This document shows positions 50,301 to 59,479 of a stretch of 64,000 bases of DNA, one piece after another. The translations under genes and the position numbers were made by a program. Origin of the DNA: Candidatus Eiseniibacteriota bacterium (GTDB lineage Bacteria; Eisenbacteria; RBG-16-71-46; CAIMUX01; VGJL01); contig CAWBWI010000001.1 of the NCBI GenBank assembly GCA_963792585.1, positions 1,376,001 through 1,440,000 of the forward strand, in the 5' to 3' direction. Position 1 is the first letter of the stretch; every line of letters starts with the position of its first letter. The notes beneath the pieces were generated by a model. That model was given only the letters and a program-made list of their open reading frames with translations, did no database searches and was not told the DNA's origin.

Positions 50301-51618
50301 CCGGGAGATCGAATTCGGCTCGATAGACGCCAGCGTCCCCCTCGCCGCTGTACGCGTCGCCCCCGTTCCAGTAGGCGTGCTTCGTTCGAACGGTGGCCAC
50401 GCCATTCTCCATGTTCTCGGGCGTGTCCAGATCCGCCGCCGCCCCCGGCTTCATGAAGACGTCCCCCTCCTTCTCGAAGTGGGAGGTCCAGGCGTAGGAA
50501 CTGACGGGGGTCAGGTCCGCGGCGCCGAGCCAGCTCGATTCGGTTTCCATCCGCGCATTGGCGCGGTCGGACCGGATCCCGAGCCAGTAGGCGTGCATTC
50601 TTCCGTAGCGCTTCAGATACCATGGCGCGTCCGGGAGACGGTCATAGATGGTCTGCCCGTAGAAGTAGAGGGCGTCCCCGTCCGTCCAGGTGTCCGAAAG
50701 GTCGGCGTCGACGATCGTGATCGGAACCTCGACGGTGTCCTCGGGCGCCGCGTCGTTCGAATCATAGAAGCGTTCGTACAGGCGCAGGCTCGACAGCGGG
50801 GCCGCGTCCGCGTCCCATCCGGCCGCGAGCAGGTCCGCATACTCGACCTTGCACGGACCGCTCGTGCGGATCTCAAGCTTCACGGTAGGGCCGATGGGCC
50901 AGCTGCGGCGAACCGCCCGCGCGGGTTGCTGGGGCGCAGTCATCCAATTCCGCGCTTGCGCCGCATTGAGGACGCTCATGTCGAGCGAGCGTTCCCATGT
51001 CGCGTCGTCCCGCTGGACGGCCACCCGCGACTCGCGCGGCGCCCCGCGGATGAAGCGGACCTCGATCTCGACGCGCCGCGCCACCCGGAGAACGCCGGTG
51101 GACGCGTCCCAGCGGGCGGGGTGGACCGTGATCGGCACCGCGCGCACATACCGTAACGCGGTGGGGGATCCGCCTTCGGCGGTGGCCGCGGGATAGCTTC
51201 CGCCACCGTAGATCGCGGCGTCTTCGCGCAGGGATTCGTGATAGGAGGGAAGATCGTCCGCGCTCTCTTCATTCCACGAGGGCGTGGCGATCGGAAGCGG
51301 GCGTATCCCATCCCAGATCTGCTCCTCGAGGGGATCGGCCTGCACCACTGCCGTCGCCCCGGGGGGAATCGCAATCCAGAAACTCGCTCGCGGAAGGCGC
51401 GGCTCGCCCGGGTCCCCGATCGGCGGCATGTCACCCACCACGACCGTCTGATAGCCGGGGTGCATCGCGTCCGGCACGACGGTCGCCTCCGGAAAGACGA
51501 CCTCCGCGCGGACCGCATCCTCGGTCGAGGAGAGCAGGCGGATCTCCTCGAAGGACCTGCCCCAGACCGGCGTGGCGGCAACGCCGGCCGCCAAGATGAC
51601 GAGGACGAACGATCTCAT
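47386..51618 (-). CDS. Peptidase C25 (gingipain/PorU-like) with propeptide and FlgD-Ig/T9SS-type C-terminal domain
   Basis: Signal peptide MRSFVLVILAAGVAATPVWG, propeptide (GDPGEPRLP...IAIP), DVFDQFSGG, YLCLVGDA, VGRLP, catalytic-type SYTGHA and GFGCH, MFGDP, C-terminal NVPNPF...WDGTDADGDAVGNGLYFYKL...KIEKL. Confidence 0.85.
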   Translation of the reverse strand: MRSFVLVILAAGVAATPVWGRSFEEIRLLSSTEDAVRAEVVFPEATVVPDAMHPGYQTVVVGDMPPIGDPGEPRLPRASFWIAIPPGATAVVQADPLEEQIWDGIRPLPIATPSWNEESADDLPSYHESLREDAAIYGGGSYPAATAEGGSPTALRYVRAVPITVHPARWDASTGVLRVARRVEIEVRFIRGAPRESRVAVQRDDATWERSLDMSVLNAAQARNWMTAPQQPARAVRRSWPIGPTVKLEIRTSGPCKVEYADLLAAGWDADAAPLSSLRLYERFYDSNDAAPEDTVEVPITIVDADLSDTWTDGDALYFYGQTIYDRLPDAPWYLKRYGRMHAYWLGIRSDRANARMETESSWLGAADLTPVSSYAWTSHFEKEGDVFMKPGAAADLDTPENMENGVATVRTKHAYWNGGDAYSGEGDAGVYRAEFDLPGYVEPLSLSAIFQGIRTVSGTHRVALFLSQGGLAEATQLPRTPIVFGNQGREQYVADATDLAGMPLDETGNRLIHTQPPQSEGAALVSFDVSYVRRPTFSGGDVRIATVDLTGPTEYRIPQPPQDDLIGIDWTDPRAPKALTIDPATQVEGTGPNRRLRLQFALTGQDRRIEVIAAGAMPKPSAIVMGGGTDLLAQGPADYVMVIPRAWIPTAQPLIDHRIAQGHTVLVAPIEDVFDQFSGGRHWPHAIRSMLRALFLANTPGPSYLCLVGDATEVFDNPLVGETDGFAISAPDWVPTQTMFSQSYAGQGPELITTDQWFVDNLLGTGERLSFLPDMHVGRLPAGSLQELERTVAKILAYESFATDDTWRNRALFVGDDIWSNRIDFGGEAYRPHPGFGDEAVFALTGRESMALIADQGPQCGFSADSFAVAAYMDTVAALGRCARRDPTSGRCVEYNGSADWITNFEYGGSVVRDLLLQAMGRGHLIVSYTGHANGRLMGHEYIFRHSPLSGREDVSLLSNLGRPFLFMGFGCHLNEFAAFNEGLPGKGDGIGENLIAFGYDPPSTGAEDDRAGIGSIASSGYEWIPSSDVFCISLMRSFFRSPPIDPPPPAEGGHTRWILGEVLSASKRDLVASGSGSLTYKSMSATYGMFGDPGLVMDAAPPAIAATIDGQPAQAGQPLILPFDRDSIDIAAQVCDEVWARSLSIQDVGGVAEPDSVIPGADDRHFRAVYRTTVMPRTYNLILSAEDANGRISTMTFPVRLDAVFQVKKPGSDWATLDDGARVLEEDSVRVNVDAPRYLAVDDFEMRAGGTVVPVRARPSDPVDGRARTWRITMLDPVPMGGQAVLSLKIAQPDGFDYRIERRVETELTHEILDLYNVPNPFAERTSIFYLLGEPATRVTIKIYTTSGKLIQTLDNLPSRQLASDPPVDWDGTDADGDAVGNGLYFYKLFVQTPKGSLTKIEKLARVR

Positions 51619-51944
51619 CTTCCCTCCTCCGGCCTCGCGGTCCGGCAGGCAAGGCAACCGCACCGATCCCTCAAGAACTCGAACGGATAGATCCCCGTGT
51701 TGTGACCATCGCCCCAAAGGAGACTGATCGCGTAGTTGCCGACGCGGTCGACGCGGCGCAAGCGGGTTGCATTCGGGGCGTTCTGGGTAAGGATCCGGAG
51801 CACACCGGGACGGTCCCGCTCGTCGCGGCAGGCTGCGCACGGGCAGAGAGCCCGCAACGCAACGAGCGGATAGCGGCTCTGATGACCGTCGGGCCACTCG
51901 ATCAGAAGCCCCTCCTCGGGATCGACCTCGAGCATCGGCTGCAT
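51615..51944 (-). CDS. DUF971 / gamma-butyrobetaine hydroxylase N-terminal-like protein
   Basis: WPDGHQS.Y...LRALCPCAAC, VGNYAI...WGDGHNTGIY. GGAGGAGG RBS before ATG 51944. Confidence 0.88.
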   Translation of the reverse strand: MQPMLEVDPEEGLLIEWPDGHQSRYPLVALRALCPCAACRDERDRPGVLRILTQNAPNATRLRRVDRVGNYAISLLWGDGHNTGIYPFEFLRDRCGCLACRTARPEEGR

Positions 51945-52012
51945 GGGTGGTCCTCCTCCGGCGGCTGTGCGGCGCACCGATGGAGGGATCATCGCACCCG
52001 GACCCGGGTCGG

Positions 52013-53905
52013 TCAACGCGGGGCGGCCATCATGAATCCCGGTGACGGGAGCCCCTTTTCCCTCCGCTCGAAGACAGCCGTATCGAAGTCCATCCGGTCG
52101 ATCGCGACTCGGTCCACCTTGACGGGAACCTGAGGCCGAACCTCGGTGAGCAGGGCCGCAAGCGCTCGCTTCTCCCGTGCGGTCATCAACTCGCGCTCGA
52201 GTTCGCCTCGAACCTCATCCAGCGATCGCGTCCGCGCCGGCAGGATGTCATCGACCCGGATGACCGCGAAGTTGCCCCGATCGGCAAGCGGTTCGCTCAC
52301 CTGACCCTTGGAAAGGCCGAAGATCGCGGCGTCGAAACCGGGTGTCCGTCCATAGGTCACGAGCCCCAACCCCGTGTCGGGGGTGACCGCGATCAGAAGG
52401 TCCTGGCGATGCAACGCGCGGGCGACCGTCGAGGGAGCATCGCCGGCCCCGAGCCGTCGCGCCGCTTCCGTCGCCAGCTCGGCCTCCGGCACCGAGACGA
52501 CAACGAAACGCCGCCGCTCCGGGATTCTGTAGCTTGCGATCCGCTCTTCGTACAGCGACTGGATCTCCGCATCCGTGGGCCGGATCGAGGGGAGGATCTT
52601 TGCCCTGCGATAGGCGCGCCAGGTGACCCAGCGCCTCTGGTTCGTGATCTTCCGCTCGACCACAGGGTCCTTGGCAAGACCAAGGCGCGCCGCCTCCAGG
52701 AGCACCACCCGCTCGAAGAAGGCGTCGTCGCACAGGCCGATCACATCTCCGACGGTCTCGAATCGGGGCCAGACAAGGGTGGGCTGGAAAACGAGCTGGT
52801 CGATCACCTCGAGGGCGGAAAGGGTGTCCCCGTCGATCGTGGCGATGGCGCGACGGGCATCGGCTCCCTTCAACGGAGCTTCCTTCCAGAAGGGACCCTC
52901 TCGGGGCTCGTCGAATCGCACGTACGTCTTGTCGAGCTTCGGATCGTAGGTGCGCCGCGCCGTACGCGTTTCCCTCTGCAGGAAGTCACGCATCCACTCG
53001 GCCGAGTCGGGGTCGACTTTGAAATGGTACTGCGCCATCAGGTCATCGTGCATGTCCCGGGCCGCTTTCGGCAGCTGGCTTATCGCCACGCCCCGCAGGA
53101 TCCCCGGACGCTCGCTCTCGAAGGTCCCCCGCGGCGGACCGTTCCGGCGGGCCTCCACCCGATAGAGCGCGTGATAGTTCGGCTCGGGCAGTGGGGGTGA
53201 AAGACTCCCCGTGGGAAGCGACCAGAGGACCTCCTGCTGCTCGACGGGCAGGCGGGTTGCCCCGATCCAACCCAAGGCGCCCCCGACCACGGCCGTGCTG
53301 ACGTCCCTGGAGTACTTGCGCGCCACTTCCTCGAGAGGCTTCCCCGCCGCCAGCGCGGCGCGCACGGAGTCCATCTCGACCAGCGTCGCGGTCTTGATAA
53401 CCGAGAGCTTCAGCTCCGTCTCCATGCGGTCGTAGACGGCGCGCAACGTCGCATCGTCCATGCTCAGATAGCGCGGCAGCAAGCGTTCGCGGAGCGCTTC
53501 GCCGAGGCGCATCTCGGTGTTCATTTCGATCGACTGCAGATCCCCGGGCCGCAGGAGCGTGGAGTCGCGCATCGCCCACGCCTGCAAGGCGACCGTCCCG
53601 ATGTAACTCTCGAGGAATCGATGGAGGCTCGGCAGATCGGGTCGAAGCGTCGATGTGTCCGCCTCGGCCGCCGAGTGGAAGTCGGCCGTCAGATCAGCCA
53701 TGGTCAGCTGGATCGGCCCCGCCTCGAGGACGATCGCGTTCGGATCGGGGGCAGCGGGTCCTGCCGCACCCACCGGACCGGCGAGCGCGAGACCGAACAT
53801 GAGGATCAGGGCCGCGTTGCCGCAGACGGAACCCTTTGGTAGACTCCGCGCCTGACGCCCCCAACGGTCGCCGGGCGCGCGGCGCGCGCGGGACCCAAGG
53901 GACAC
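52013..53905 (-). CDS. Exported parvulin-type peptidyl-prolyl isomerase (SurA/PrsA/PpiD-like, two rotamase domains)
   Basis: EEVARKYSRD...GGALGWI, GLGLV...FDAAIFGLSKGQVSEP, RSLDEVR. Start codon uncertain (53800-53905). Confidence 0.8.
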   Translation of the reverse strand: MSLGSRARRAPGDRWGRQARSLPKGSVCGNAALILMFGLALAGPVGAAGPAAPDPNAIVLEAGPIQLTMADLTADFHSAAEADTSTLRPDLPSLHRFLESYIGTVALQAWAMRDSTLLRPGDLQSIEMNTEMRLGEALRERLLPRYLSMDDATLRAVYDRMETELKLSVIKTATLVEMDSVRAALAAGKPLEEVARKYSRDVSTAVVGGALGWIGATRLPVEQQEVLWSLPTGSLSPPLPEPNYHALYRVEARRNGPPRGTFESERPGILRGVAISQLPKAARDMHDDLMAQYHFKVDPDSAEWMRDFLQRETRTARRTYDPKLDKTYVRFDEPREGPFWKEAPLKGADARRAIATIDGDTLSALEVIDQLVFQPTLVWPRFETVGDVIGLCDDAFFERVVLLEAARLGLAKDPVVERKITNQRRWVTWRAYRRAKILPSIRPTDAEIQSLYEERIASYRIPERRRFVVVSVPEAELATEAARRLGAGDAPSTVARALHRQDLLIAVTPDTGLGLVTYGRTPGFDAAIFGLSKGQVSEPLADRGNFAVIRVDDILPARTRSLDEVRGELERELMTAREKRALAALLTEVRPQVPVKVDRVAIDRMDFDTAVFERREKGLPSPGFMMAAPR

Positions 53906-53930
53906 GATCTCAGGCAAGTACGGAGCGTGA

Positions 53931-54626
53931 ATGCCTCGTTCCGATAGTCTGTCCATCTTCTTCCCCGCCTACAATGATTGGGGCACCATAGCCAGCATGG
54001 TCGTGCTCGCCCACAAGGTCGCCGCCGAACTGACCGACGACTTCGAGGTGATCGTCGTCAACGACGCCTCGCCCGACCACGTATCCGAGATCCTCGAGGA
54101 ACTCTCCCCCCGATTCCCGCGCTTACGCACCGTAACACACGAAACGAACCGTGGGTACGGCGGCGCCCTACGATCGGGTTTCGCCGCCTCCACGAAGGAT
54201 TACGTCTTCTACACTGACGGAGACGCCCAGTACGACGTCCGCGAACTCCGGCTCCTCTGGGCCGAACGGGACGGAATGGACCTCGTGAACGGATACAAGA
54301 TCCGGAGGTCCGACCCCTGGTACCGGGCGATCATCGGGCGAGTCTATCACCATTTCGTCCGCTTCTGGTTCCGGATCCCGATCCGGGATGTGGACTGCGA
54401 CTTCCGGCTGATCCGCCGCCCGATCCTCGATCGGATCACCCTGACCGAGAACAGCGGCCTGATCTGCGTCGAATTCCTGGCCAAGATCGCCGAGTCCGGT
54501 GTACGGATACGGGAGGTTCCCGTCCATCACTTCCACCGGATGCACGGGAGAAGTCAGTTCTTCAATTTCGCCCGCGTTGCCCGCGTTCTCCTCGGAATGA
54601 CGGGGCTGTGGTGGAGGATCCGGTGA
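53931..54626 (+). CDS. Glycosyltransferase family 2 (polyprenol-phosphate glycosyltransferase, DPM1/ArnC-like)
   Basis: FFPAYND, VNDASPD, NRGYGGAL, YTDGDAQY, DVDCDFRL. Confidence 0.9.
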   Translation: MPRSDSLSIFFPAYNDWGTIASMVVLAHKVAAELTDDFEVIVVNDASPDHVSEILEELSPRFPRLRTVTHETNRGYGGALRSGFAASTKDYVFYTDGDAQYDVRELRLLWAERDGMDLVNGYKIRRSDPWYRAIIGRVYHHFVRFWFRIPIRDVDCDFRLIRRPILDRITLTENSGLICVEFLAKIAESGVRIREVPVHHFHRMHGRSQFFNFARVARVLLGMTGLWWRIR

Positions 54627-54652
54627 AGAAGGAAGTCCATCTGGGGGGACGC

Positions 54653-55660
54653 ATGCTTGACGCGACCGGCCTGGCAGCTCGCCTACCGCGGCCGCGACGT
54701 ACTCGTCACGGGAGGGCTCGGCTTCCTGGGATCGAACCTCTGCCGCGCGCTCCTCGAGCTGGGCGCCCGGGTGACGGTCGTCGACTCGCTCCTGCCGGAT
54801 TACGGCGGGAACCTCTGGAACGTCCACGACATCGCCGATCGGATCCATGTGAACATCGCCGACGTTCGGGACAACCACTCGATGCGTTACCTCGTCCGGG
54901 GGCGGGAGGTGATCTTCAACCTCGCCGGACAGGTCGAGCCACATCGACTCGATGCGCGACCCATACACGGACCTCGATATCAACTGCCGCAGCCAGCTCT
55001 CGATCCTCGAAGCCTGTCGAAACAACAATCGGGAGGTGAAGATCGTCTACGCCGGCACACGGCAGCAGTACGGAAAGCCGCTCTACCTGCCGGTGGACGA
55101 GAAGCACCTGATGCAGCCGATCGACGTCAACGGGATCAACAAGATGGCCGGCGAGTGGTACCACATCCTCTACGCGAACGTGTACGGGATCCGCGCGACG
55201 AGCCTGCGCCTGACGAACTCCTATGGACCGGGGATGCTCCTCAAGCACGGGCGGCAGGGGTTCATTCCCTGGTTCGTCCGCAAGGTCCTGCTCGACGAGC
55301 CGATCGAGGTCTTCGGGACCGGTGAGCAGAAGCGGGACATGAACTACGCGGACGACGTCGTGCGACGCCTTCCTCCTCGTCGGGGCGACCGATGCGACGA
55401 ACGGCGAGGTCTACAACCTCGGCGGCCGACGAGGTCGTCTCCCTCGAGACGTTCGTCGAAGACGTTGCTCGAGGTGGCCGGGAGCGGATCGTACCGGATC
55501 GTGCCCTTCCCCGAGGAGGGCAAGCGAATCGACATCGGCGACTACTACGGCAGCTATGAGAAGCTCCGCACGGCCGTCGGTTGGGAGCCTCGCATCGACC
55601 TCCGCGAGGGACTCCGCCGGACCGTCGACTACTACCGGGCCCATGCGGCGCACTACCTGA
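54653..55660 (+). CDS. NAD-dependent epimerase/dehydratase, frameshifted
   Basis: VLVTGGLGFLGSNL, FNLAGQ, YAGTRQQYG, NGINK, LRLTNSYGP, GEQKRD across frames. Confidence 0.85.
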
Positions 55661-55674
55661 ACGAGGACGAACGC

Positions 55675-56793
55675 GTGAATCCGGTCGTGCCGATCGTCGA
55701 CCTGACCGCCCAGTATCGCGAGATCCGGGGCGAGATCGACGCGGCGATCGCCCGCGTCGTCGAGCGGGGTTGGTTCATCCTCGGCGAGGAAGTCCGGGCT
55801 TTCGAAGAGGCATTCGCCCGCTACTGCGGGGTCGAGCACGCGGTCGGCGTCGGCTCGGGCACCGAGGCTCTCCACCTGGCCCTCGTCGCGCTGGGAGCGG
55901 GTCCCGGCAAGGAGGTCGTCACGGCCGTGAACACCGCCGTGCCGACGATCTCGGCGATCTCGTTCACGGGGGCGCTTCCGGTCCTCGTGGACGTCGATCG
56001 CGCCGACGGCGACGATCGACCCGGAGAGACTCGACGCGTCGATCACTCCGCGCACGGCCGCGGTCGTGCCCGTCGATCTCTACGGCCAGTGCGCCGACTA
56101 CGATGCGATCCGCGCGATCTGCTCCAAGCATGGTGTTCCCGTCCTCGCTGATGCGGCCCAGTCTCACGGCGCGCGCTACGGCGACGCGCTGTCGGGATCG
56201 CTTGACGGAGGCCACCGCATTCAGCTTCTACCCATCGAAGAACCTCGGCGCCTACGGCGACGCGGGGATGGTCACGACCGACGACGGGGTGATCGCCGGT
56301 GCGCCTGCGCCGCCTCCGCAACTACGGCGAGCGGGAGCGCTATCACCACAGCGAGATCGGCTTCAACTCGCGTCTCGACGAAATGCAGGCGGCGATCCTT
56401 CTGGCCAAGCTCCCCCACCTCGACGACTGGAACCAGCGACGCCGCGCATGGGCTGCGCGCTACGAGCGAGAGCTCGAGGGCCTGCCCATCGATTGGATTC
56501 GAGAGGCTCCCGGCCGCACCCACGTCCGGCATCTCTGCGTGGCCATCGTCGAGGGGCGGGACGCCTTCCGCGCCGGCCTCGCCGAACGGGGGATCCAGAC
56601 GCAGATTCACTACCCGATCCCGATCCATTTCCAGGAGGCCTACGCGTTCCTGGGCGGCCGCCGGGGGCAATTCCCCGTGGCCGAGTTCCTCGCCGACCGG
56701 ATCGTGAGTCTTCCCCTCTATCCGGAGCTGACCAGCGCGGCCCAGGACCGCGTGATCGAGGAGGTGCGCGCATGGTTGCTCAAGCCCGCCTGA
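55675..56793 (+). CDS. DegT/DnrJ/EryC1/StrS PLP-dependent sugar aminotransferase, frameshifted
   Basis: FILGEEVRAFE, GSGTEALHLAL, PVDLYGQ, DAAQSHG, FSFYPSKNLGAYGDAG, NSRLDEMQAA, SLPLYP. Confidence 0.9.
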
Positions 56794-57149
56794 CGGCCTT
56801 TCTGATCCTGCTCGGTGCCATCTGCCTGACGGTGACCGGCGAGCTGTTCCTGAAGACCGGCATGAACCGAGTCGGGACCGTCGGCCTGAGCGGGCTGCTC
56901 CAGTCGGCGGGACGCGCGATCGGCACGCCCCAGATATGGATCGGTTTCATCTTCGCCTTCTCGGGGGCGATGCTCTGGCTCGTGGTCCTCTCGCGCGTTC
57001 CCCTTTCCTGGGCCTATCCGATGCTCTCGCTCGGCTACATCTTGGTCCTCTTCTTCTCCAGGGTGACTCTCGGGGAGCACGTCTCGCCGACACGCTGGCT
57101 CGGAACCGTGATCGTCATCGCCGGGGTCTGGCTGGTCTATCGGAGCTAG
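56772..57149 (+). CDS. Small 4-TM EamA/SMR-type transporter (ArnE/ArnF-like flippase)
   Basis: GELFLKTGM, WLVVLSRVPLSWAYPMLSLGY, GEHVS..RWLG. Confidence 0.85.
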   Translation: MVAQARLTAFLILLGAICLTVTGELFLKTGMNRVGTVGLSGLLQSAGRAIGTPQIWIGFIFAFSGAMLWLVVLSRVPLSWAYPMLSLGYILVLFFSRVTLGEHVSPTRWLGTVIVIAGVWLVYRS

Positions 57150-57152
57150 GCG

Positions 57153-57878
57153 GTGGAACCCGAGGAATACCGGCGGACCGCGGACGCGGAAGATCACCAC
57201 TTCTGGTTCCGCGAGCTGCGGTGGATCTGGCAGGGGCTGCTCGGCCGGCCCGCGCCCGGAGAGACCTGGCGCATCCTCGATGCGGGCTGCGGAACAGGCG
57301 CGAACATGCGCGCGATCGAGAGCCGCCACACGGTGATCGGGATCGATCGCAGCCGACTCGCGCTCGACATCGCCTGCACGAAGGTGAAATCCCCCCTCGC
57401 GTGCGCATCGATCCTCGCGCTCCCGTTCCGACCCGGGAGCTTCGATGCCGCAATCTCCACCGACGTGATCTACCACCGGGATGTCGGTGATGACGTCGCC
57501 GCCCTACGCGAGATCCGAAGGGTCTTGAAACCGGGCGGACGCCTGGTGGTCAATGTGCCCGCATTCGATTCCCTGCGCTCGGCGCACGATCGGGCGGTCC
57601 ACACCGCGCGCCGATATCGTCGGGGTATGCTCCGTGAGCGGCTGGGCGCAGCCGGATTCGATCCGGTCCGCGCCGTCTACTGGAACTCGATCCTGCTCCT
57701 GCCCGCGATCGCGGCGCGCCTGATCCGACGGGGCGGAGAGGGGTCGGACATCCGTACCCCACCGGAGCCGGTCAACGCGATGCTCACGGCCGTCGGAAGG
57801 GTCGATGCGACCCTGGCGCTCGCGGGGCTCTTTCCCGCCGGCCTGTCGATCGCCGCGTTCGCCCGGAGGGCGGATTGA
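57153..57878 (+). CDS. Class I SAM-dependent methyltransferase
   Basis: EDHHFWF, ILDAGCGTG, LPF...SFD, RVLKPGG, VPAF..L.S.HD. Confidence 0.88.
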   Translation: MEPEEYRRTADAEDHHFWFRELRWIWQGLLGRPAPGETWRILDAGCGTGANMRAIESRHTVIGIDRSRLALDIACTKVKSPLACASILALPFRPGSFDAAISTDVIYHRDVGDDVAALREIRRVLKPGGRLVVNVPAFDSLRSAHDRAVHTARRYRRGMLRERLGAAGFDPVRAVYWNSILLLPAIAARLIRRGGEGSDIRTPPEPVNAMLTAVGRVDATLALAGLFPAGLSIAAFARRAD

Positions 57879-59479
57879 AGCGCTGGCGGCTGCTGGTCTG
57901 GGTGCTCGTCGCGATCGCGCTGCGCTTCGCATTCCTCGGCTCGGATGGACTCTGGCTGGACGAGGGGTACACCGCCTGGATCGCGCACCTCCGGCCCGAC
58001 GAGCGCGCCGCGGCGCTCGCCCACGATGACGCCCCGCCCCTGTACTACTCGATCCAGAGCAGGATCCTTCCCCACCTCCCGCCCGATGAGGCGTCGGTAC
58101 GCCTCGTTTCGGCGATTGCGGGCGCCGCCGGAGTCGCCTGGCTCGCGGTCTGCCCGCCCTACGCCCTGGCCGCAGAGGCGTCCGTCGCATTCCTCGCGAC
58201 CGGCACATACGGGATCTTCTATGCGCGGCAAGCGCGCTCGTACGCCCTGCTTCTGCTCTGGGAGCTCCTGCTGATCACCTCGGTCGCCCGATTCTTGGCG
58301 GGCGGTCGAAGATGGCTCGTCGGGGTCGTCGCGGCGGAAGTCCTCGCCCTCTATACCCACAACGTCTCCGTGACCCTGGTCGTCGGCGCGAATCTGGCGT
58401 GGCTCCTGTGCGGCCGCCGGGACCCGGGAAGGTGGTTCGCCGCGCAGGCTGCGGCGCTCCTCCTCTGGCTTCCCGGACTCCTCCGGGCCCTGCACCAGTT
58501 CTCTGCCCACGCGAGCATGAATACCTGGATCGCCGACTTCTGGGGGCGGACCCCACTCGCGCTCGCCCCCCTCCTGAGTCTCGGCGCGATGACGAGCGGC
58601 ACGAGGATCGCCTCCGCCGTGCAGGCGGGTCCGTGGGGTTACCGAGGAACCGGGGCTACAATCCTCACCGTTCTTGCACTCGTCACGGTCGCCATCCTGC
58701 TCGCCTCCGCCTTCCGCGCGCCGACCAGGCGTCCCGCGATCCTGGCTGCATGCTTCATGATCGGGCCGCTCACCTCGCTCACCATCCTCTCCGCGGCAAC
58801 CTCGCCGACCTACGTCCTCGGCAGAACTGACGCCATCGCCTACGCGGGCTTCATCCTCTGGTGCGCGATCGGGCTCGGCGCCCTCCCCAAACCGGCCCGG
58901 TGGGGCGCCGTGGGTGTGTTGGGCCTCCTGACCGCCCTCGCGTTGGCGACGGGCTTCCCGGTCGGATCGCATGCCCGCGACCACGATCGAACGATCGGCA
59001 ACGCCCTGCGCGCCCAAACCCGCCCCGGAGACTGGGTTTGCTTCGTGGGACTCTCGCGGCCCTCAATCGACTACTACCTCTCGGGCGGACGGCCCGGCGC
59101 GGAGGATCATGCGATGGTGAAGATCCACTACCCGGCGGTCTCGGGTCGAAATCCCGCAGGGGACATGCAGACGCCTGCCGATAGTCTGCCCGCGTGGGAG
59201 GCCGAGGCCTACCGCCTGCGGGAGCGATTCGAAGCGTCGCACGGAGGAGCGTTCGTCTATGTCGGGCCGATCACTCCCGGCGCGCGGAGCGACTGCACCG
59301 CCGAAGATCTTCCCTACCCCGGCAGCATGCTCGCCTATGCCATGAACGGCCTGCGTCCCCTCTCACCCATCACGCGGATGCGCGGCGATCGGGTCGGAGT
59401 CGACTGGATCGCCTTCAGGATCGATCGCGATCGGCTCATCCCGAGGGAGGAACTGGGAGACATCGAGGCGCGACCATGA
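57875..59479 (+). CDS. GT-C membrane glycosyltransferase (ArnT/PMT-like)
   Basis: LWLDE motif in the first loop, DAPPLYY, QARSYAL, ALYTH, many TM helices. Confidence 0.82.
   Translation: MKRWRLLVWVLVAIALRFAFLGSDGLWLDEGYTAWIAHLRPDERAAALAHDDAPPLYYSIQSRILPHLPPDEASVRLVSAIAGAAGVAWLAVCPPYALAAEASVAFLATGTYGIFYARQARSYALLLLWELLLITSVARFLAGGRRWLVGVVAAEVLALYTHNVSVTLVVGANLAWLLCGRRDPGRWFAAQAAALLLWLPGLLRALHQFSAHASMNTWIADFWGRTPLALAPLLSLGAMTSGTRIASAVQAGPWGYRGTGATILTVLALVTVAILLASAFRAPTRRPAILAACFMIGPLTSLTILSAATSPTYVLGRTDAIAYAGFILWCAIGLGALPKPARWGAVGVLGLLTALALATGFPVGSHARDHDRTIGNALRAQTRPGDWVCFVGLSRPSIDYYLSGGRPGAEDHAMVKIHYPAVSGRNPAGDMQTPADSLPAWEAEAYRLRERFEASHGGAFVYVGPITPGARSDCTAEDLPYPGSMLAYAMNGLRPLSPITRMRGDRVGVDWIAFRIDRDRLIPREELGDIEARP

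Noticed and set aside
54952..56151. Apparent epimerase-DegT fusion
   Set aside because: It lies in an indel-dense patch. A GAGGA RBS and GTG at 55675 mark a separate start, and one missing base would restore a stop after HYL.
55581..57149. 522-aa ORF joining DegT fragments to the EamA transporter
   Set aside because: It is a mosaic of off-frame sequence. The transporter has its own ATG at 56772.
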